A stretch of 64,000 nucleotides of DNA from Eledone cirrhosa (lineage: Eukaryota): positions 276,086,001-276,150,000 of the forward strand of contig OZ024742.1 of NCBI GenBank assembly GCA_964016885.1, given 5' to 3'. The translations under genes were made by a program, and so were the position numbers. A model generated the notes under the pieces. That model had not been told where the DNA came from. It worked only from the letters and a program-made list of their open reading frames with translations, and made no database searches. Positions 61,501-64,000 of the stretch are shown here, piece by piece (the stretch's first letter is position 1; every line of letters begins with the position of its first letter).

Positions 61501-64000
61501 TATAGTCTCTGCTCCTACCTGACATACTCTAGCTCACAGATATGTTGGCTCCCCTCTCTGTCAGTTCTACCACTATAACTGTAGTCTCTGCTCCTACCTG
61601 CCATACTCTAGCCCACAGATATGTTGTCTCCCCTCTCTGTCAGTTCTACCATTACAACTATAGTCTCTGCTCCTACCTGACATACTCTAGCTCACAGATA
61701 TGTTGGCTCCCCTCTCTGTCAGTTCTACCACTATAACTGTAGTCTCTGCTCCTACCTGCCATACTCTAGCCCACAGATATGTTGTCTCCCCTCTCTGTCA
61801 GTTCTACCACTACAACTATAGACTCTTCTCCTACCTGACATACTCTAACCCACAGATATGTTGTCTCCTCTCTCTGTCAGTTCTACCACTACAACTGTAG
61901 TCTCTGCTCCTACCTGACATACTCTAACCCACAGATATTTTGTCTCCTCTCACTGTCAGTTCTACCACTATAACTATAGTCTCTGCTCGTCACTGACATA
62001 CTCTAGCCCACAGATATGTTGTCTCCCCTCTCTGTCAGTTCTACCACTACAACTATAGTCTCTGCACCTACCTGACATACTCTAGCCCACAGATACGTTG
62101 TCTCCCCTCTCTGTCACTTCTACCACTACAACTGTAGTCTCTGCTCCTACCTGACATACTCTAGCTCACAGATATGTTGTCTCCCCTCTCTGTCAGTTCT
62201 ACCACTACAACTGTAGTCTCTGCTCCTACCTGACACACTCTAGCCCACAGATATGTTGTCTCCTCTCTCTGTCAGTTCTACCACTACAACTCTAGTCTCT
62301 GCTCCTCACTGACATACTTTAGCCTACAGATATGTTTTCTTCCCTCTCTGTCAGTTCTACCACTACAACTATAGTCTCTGCTCCTACCTGACATACTCTA
62401 GCCCACAGATATGTTGTCTCCCCTCTCTGTCAGTTCTACCACTACAATTATAGTCTCTGCTCCTACCTGACATACCCTAGCCCACAGATATGTTGTCTCC
62501 CCTCTCTGTCAGTTCTACCACTACAACTGTAGTCTCTGATCCTACCTGACATACTCTAGCCCACAGATATGTTTTCTTCCCTCTCTGTCAGTTCTACCAC
62601 TACAACTGTAGTCTCTTCTCCTACCTGACATACTCTAACCCACAGATATGTTGTCTCCTCTCTCTGTCAGTTCTACCACTACAACTATAGTCTCTGCTCC
62701 TACCTGACATACTCTAACCCACAGATATTTTGTCTCCTCTCACTGTCAGTTCTACCACTATAACTATAGTCTCTGCTCGTCACTGACATACTCTAGCCCA
62801 CAGATATGTTGTCTCCCCTCTTTGTCAGTTCTACCACTACAGCTATAGTCTCTGCTCCTACCTGACATACTCTAACCCACAGATATGTTCTCTCCCCTCT
62901 TTGTCAGTTCTACCACTACAACTATAGTCTCTGCTCCTACCTGACATAAACTAACCCACAGATATGTTGTCTCCTCTCTCTGTCAGTTCTACCACTACAA
63001 CTGTAGTCCCTGCTCCTACCTGCCATAATCTAGCCCACAGATATGTTGTCTCCCTTCTCTGTCAGTTCTACCTCTACAACTATAGTCTCTTCTCCTACCT
63101 GACATACTCTAACCCACAGATATGTTGTCTCCTCTCTCTGTCAGTTCTGCCACTACAAATGTAATCTCTGCTCCTACCTGCCATACTCTAGCCCACAGAT
63201 ATGTTGTCTCCTCTCTCTGTCAGTTCTACCACTACAACTATAGTCTCTTCTACTACCTGACATACTCTAACCCACAGATATGTTGTCTCCTCTCTCTGTC
63301 AGTTCTACCACTACAACTGTAGTATCTGCTCCTACCTGACATACTCTAACCCACAGATATTTTGTCTCCTCTCTCTGTCAGTTCTACCACTACAACTATA
63401 GTCTCTGCTCCTACCTGACATACTCTAACCCACAGATATGTTGTCTTCAGTCTCTGTCAGTTCTACCACTACAACTATAGTCTCTGCTCATCACTGACAT
63501 ACTCTAGCTCACAGATATGTTGTCTCCCCTCTCTGTCAGTTCTACCACTACAACTATAGTCTCTGCTCCTACCTGACATACTCTAACCCACAGATATATT
63601 GTCTTCAGTCTCTGTCAGTTCTACCACTACAACTATAGTCTCTGCTCATCACTGACATACTCTAGCCCACAGATATGTTGTCTCCCCTCTCTGTCAGTTC
63701 TACCACTACAACTGTAGTCTCTGCTCCTACCTGACATACTCTAACCCACAGATATGTTGTCTCCCCTCTCTGTCAGTTCTACCACTACAACTGTAGTCTC
63801 TGCTCCTACCTGACATACTCTAACCCATAGATATGTTGTCTTCCCTCTCTGTCAGTTCTACCACTACAACTATAGTCTCTGCTCCTACCTGACATACTCT
63901 AGCCCACAGATATGTTCTCTCCCGTCTCTGTCAGTTCTACCACTACAACTATAGTCTCTGCTCCTCACTGACATACTCTAGCCCACAGATATGTTGTCTC
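52520..64000. repeat. 79-bp satellite array, about 140 units, continuing past the window end
   Basis: Unit CTCTAGCCCACAGATATGTTGTCTCCCCTCTCTGTCAGTTCTACCACTACAACTRTAGTCTCTGCTCCTMMCTGACATA. Confidence 0.98.
52634..52834. mobile_element. hAT (Charlie-like) MITE inserted in the satellite edge
   Basis: TIRs CAGGCATGTCAAAC / GTTTGACGTGCCTG. 8-bp TSD CTCTAGCC at 52626-52633 and 52835-52842. Confidence 0.9.

Noticed and set aside
56638-63322. Repeated 64-75-aa ORFs (MLSPLSVSSTTT...)
   Set aside because: They are by-products of the 79-bp satellite. The unit is not a multiple of 3 and most units contain stops.
52520-64000. CRISPR-like regular array
   Set aside because: The units are head-to-tail with no unique spacers, there are no cas genes, and the context is eukaryotic.

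Overview
This is eukaryotic, AT-rich, microsatellite-dense DNA. The SINE and RTE families suggest a cephalopod, probably Octopus (inference). No intact host protein-coding gene is recognisable and the window is almost entirely mobile-element debris. It holds two long decayed RTE LINEs (APE + RT + embedded PHD finger), RTE fragments with C2H2 fingers, and CR1-like and CRE-like fragments. It also holds many tRNA-SINEs, mariner, pogo, hAT and piggyBac MITEs, 44-bp and 66-bp minisatellites, and an 11.5-kb 79-bp satellite that runs off the right end. Two RNA-level patterns stand out. First, there is a dense set of minimal type-I hammerhead ribozyme motifs with palindromic helix III, from at least five families. 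They sit in Penelope-like pseudo-LTRs inside (TA)n/(AAT)n tracts, often as ORF-less tail-out palindromes, and one family has a compensatory U3-A8 core. Second, a ~48-nt hairpin + H-type pseudoknot module with compensatory changes occurs in RTE 3' tails and is tandemly amplified, including as a stand-alone 6-unit array. All calls were made by eye. Boundaries are approximate unless a TSD or TIR is quoted.
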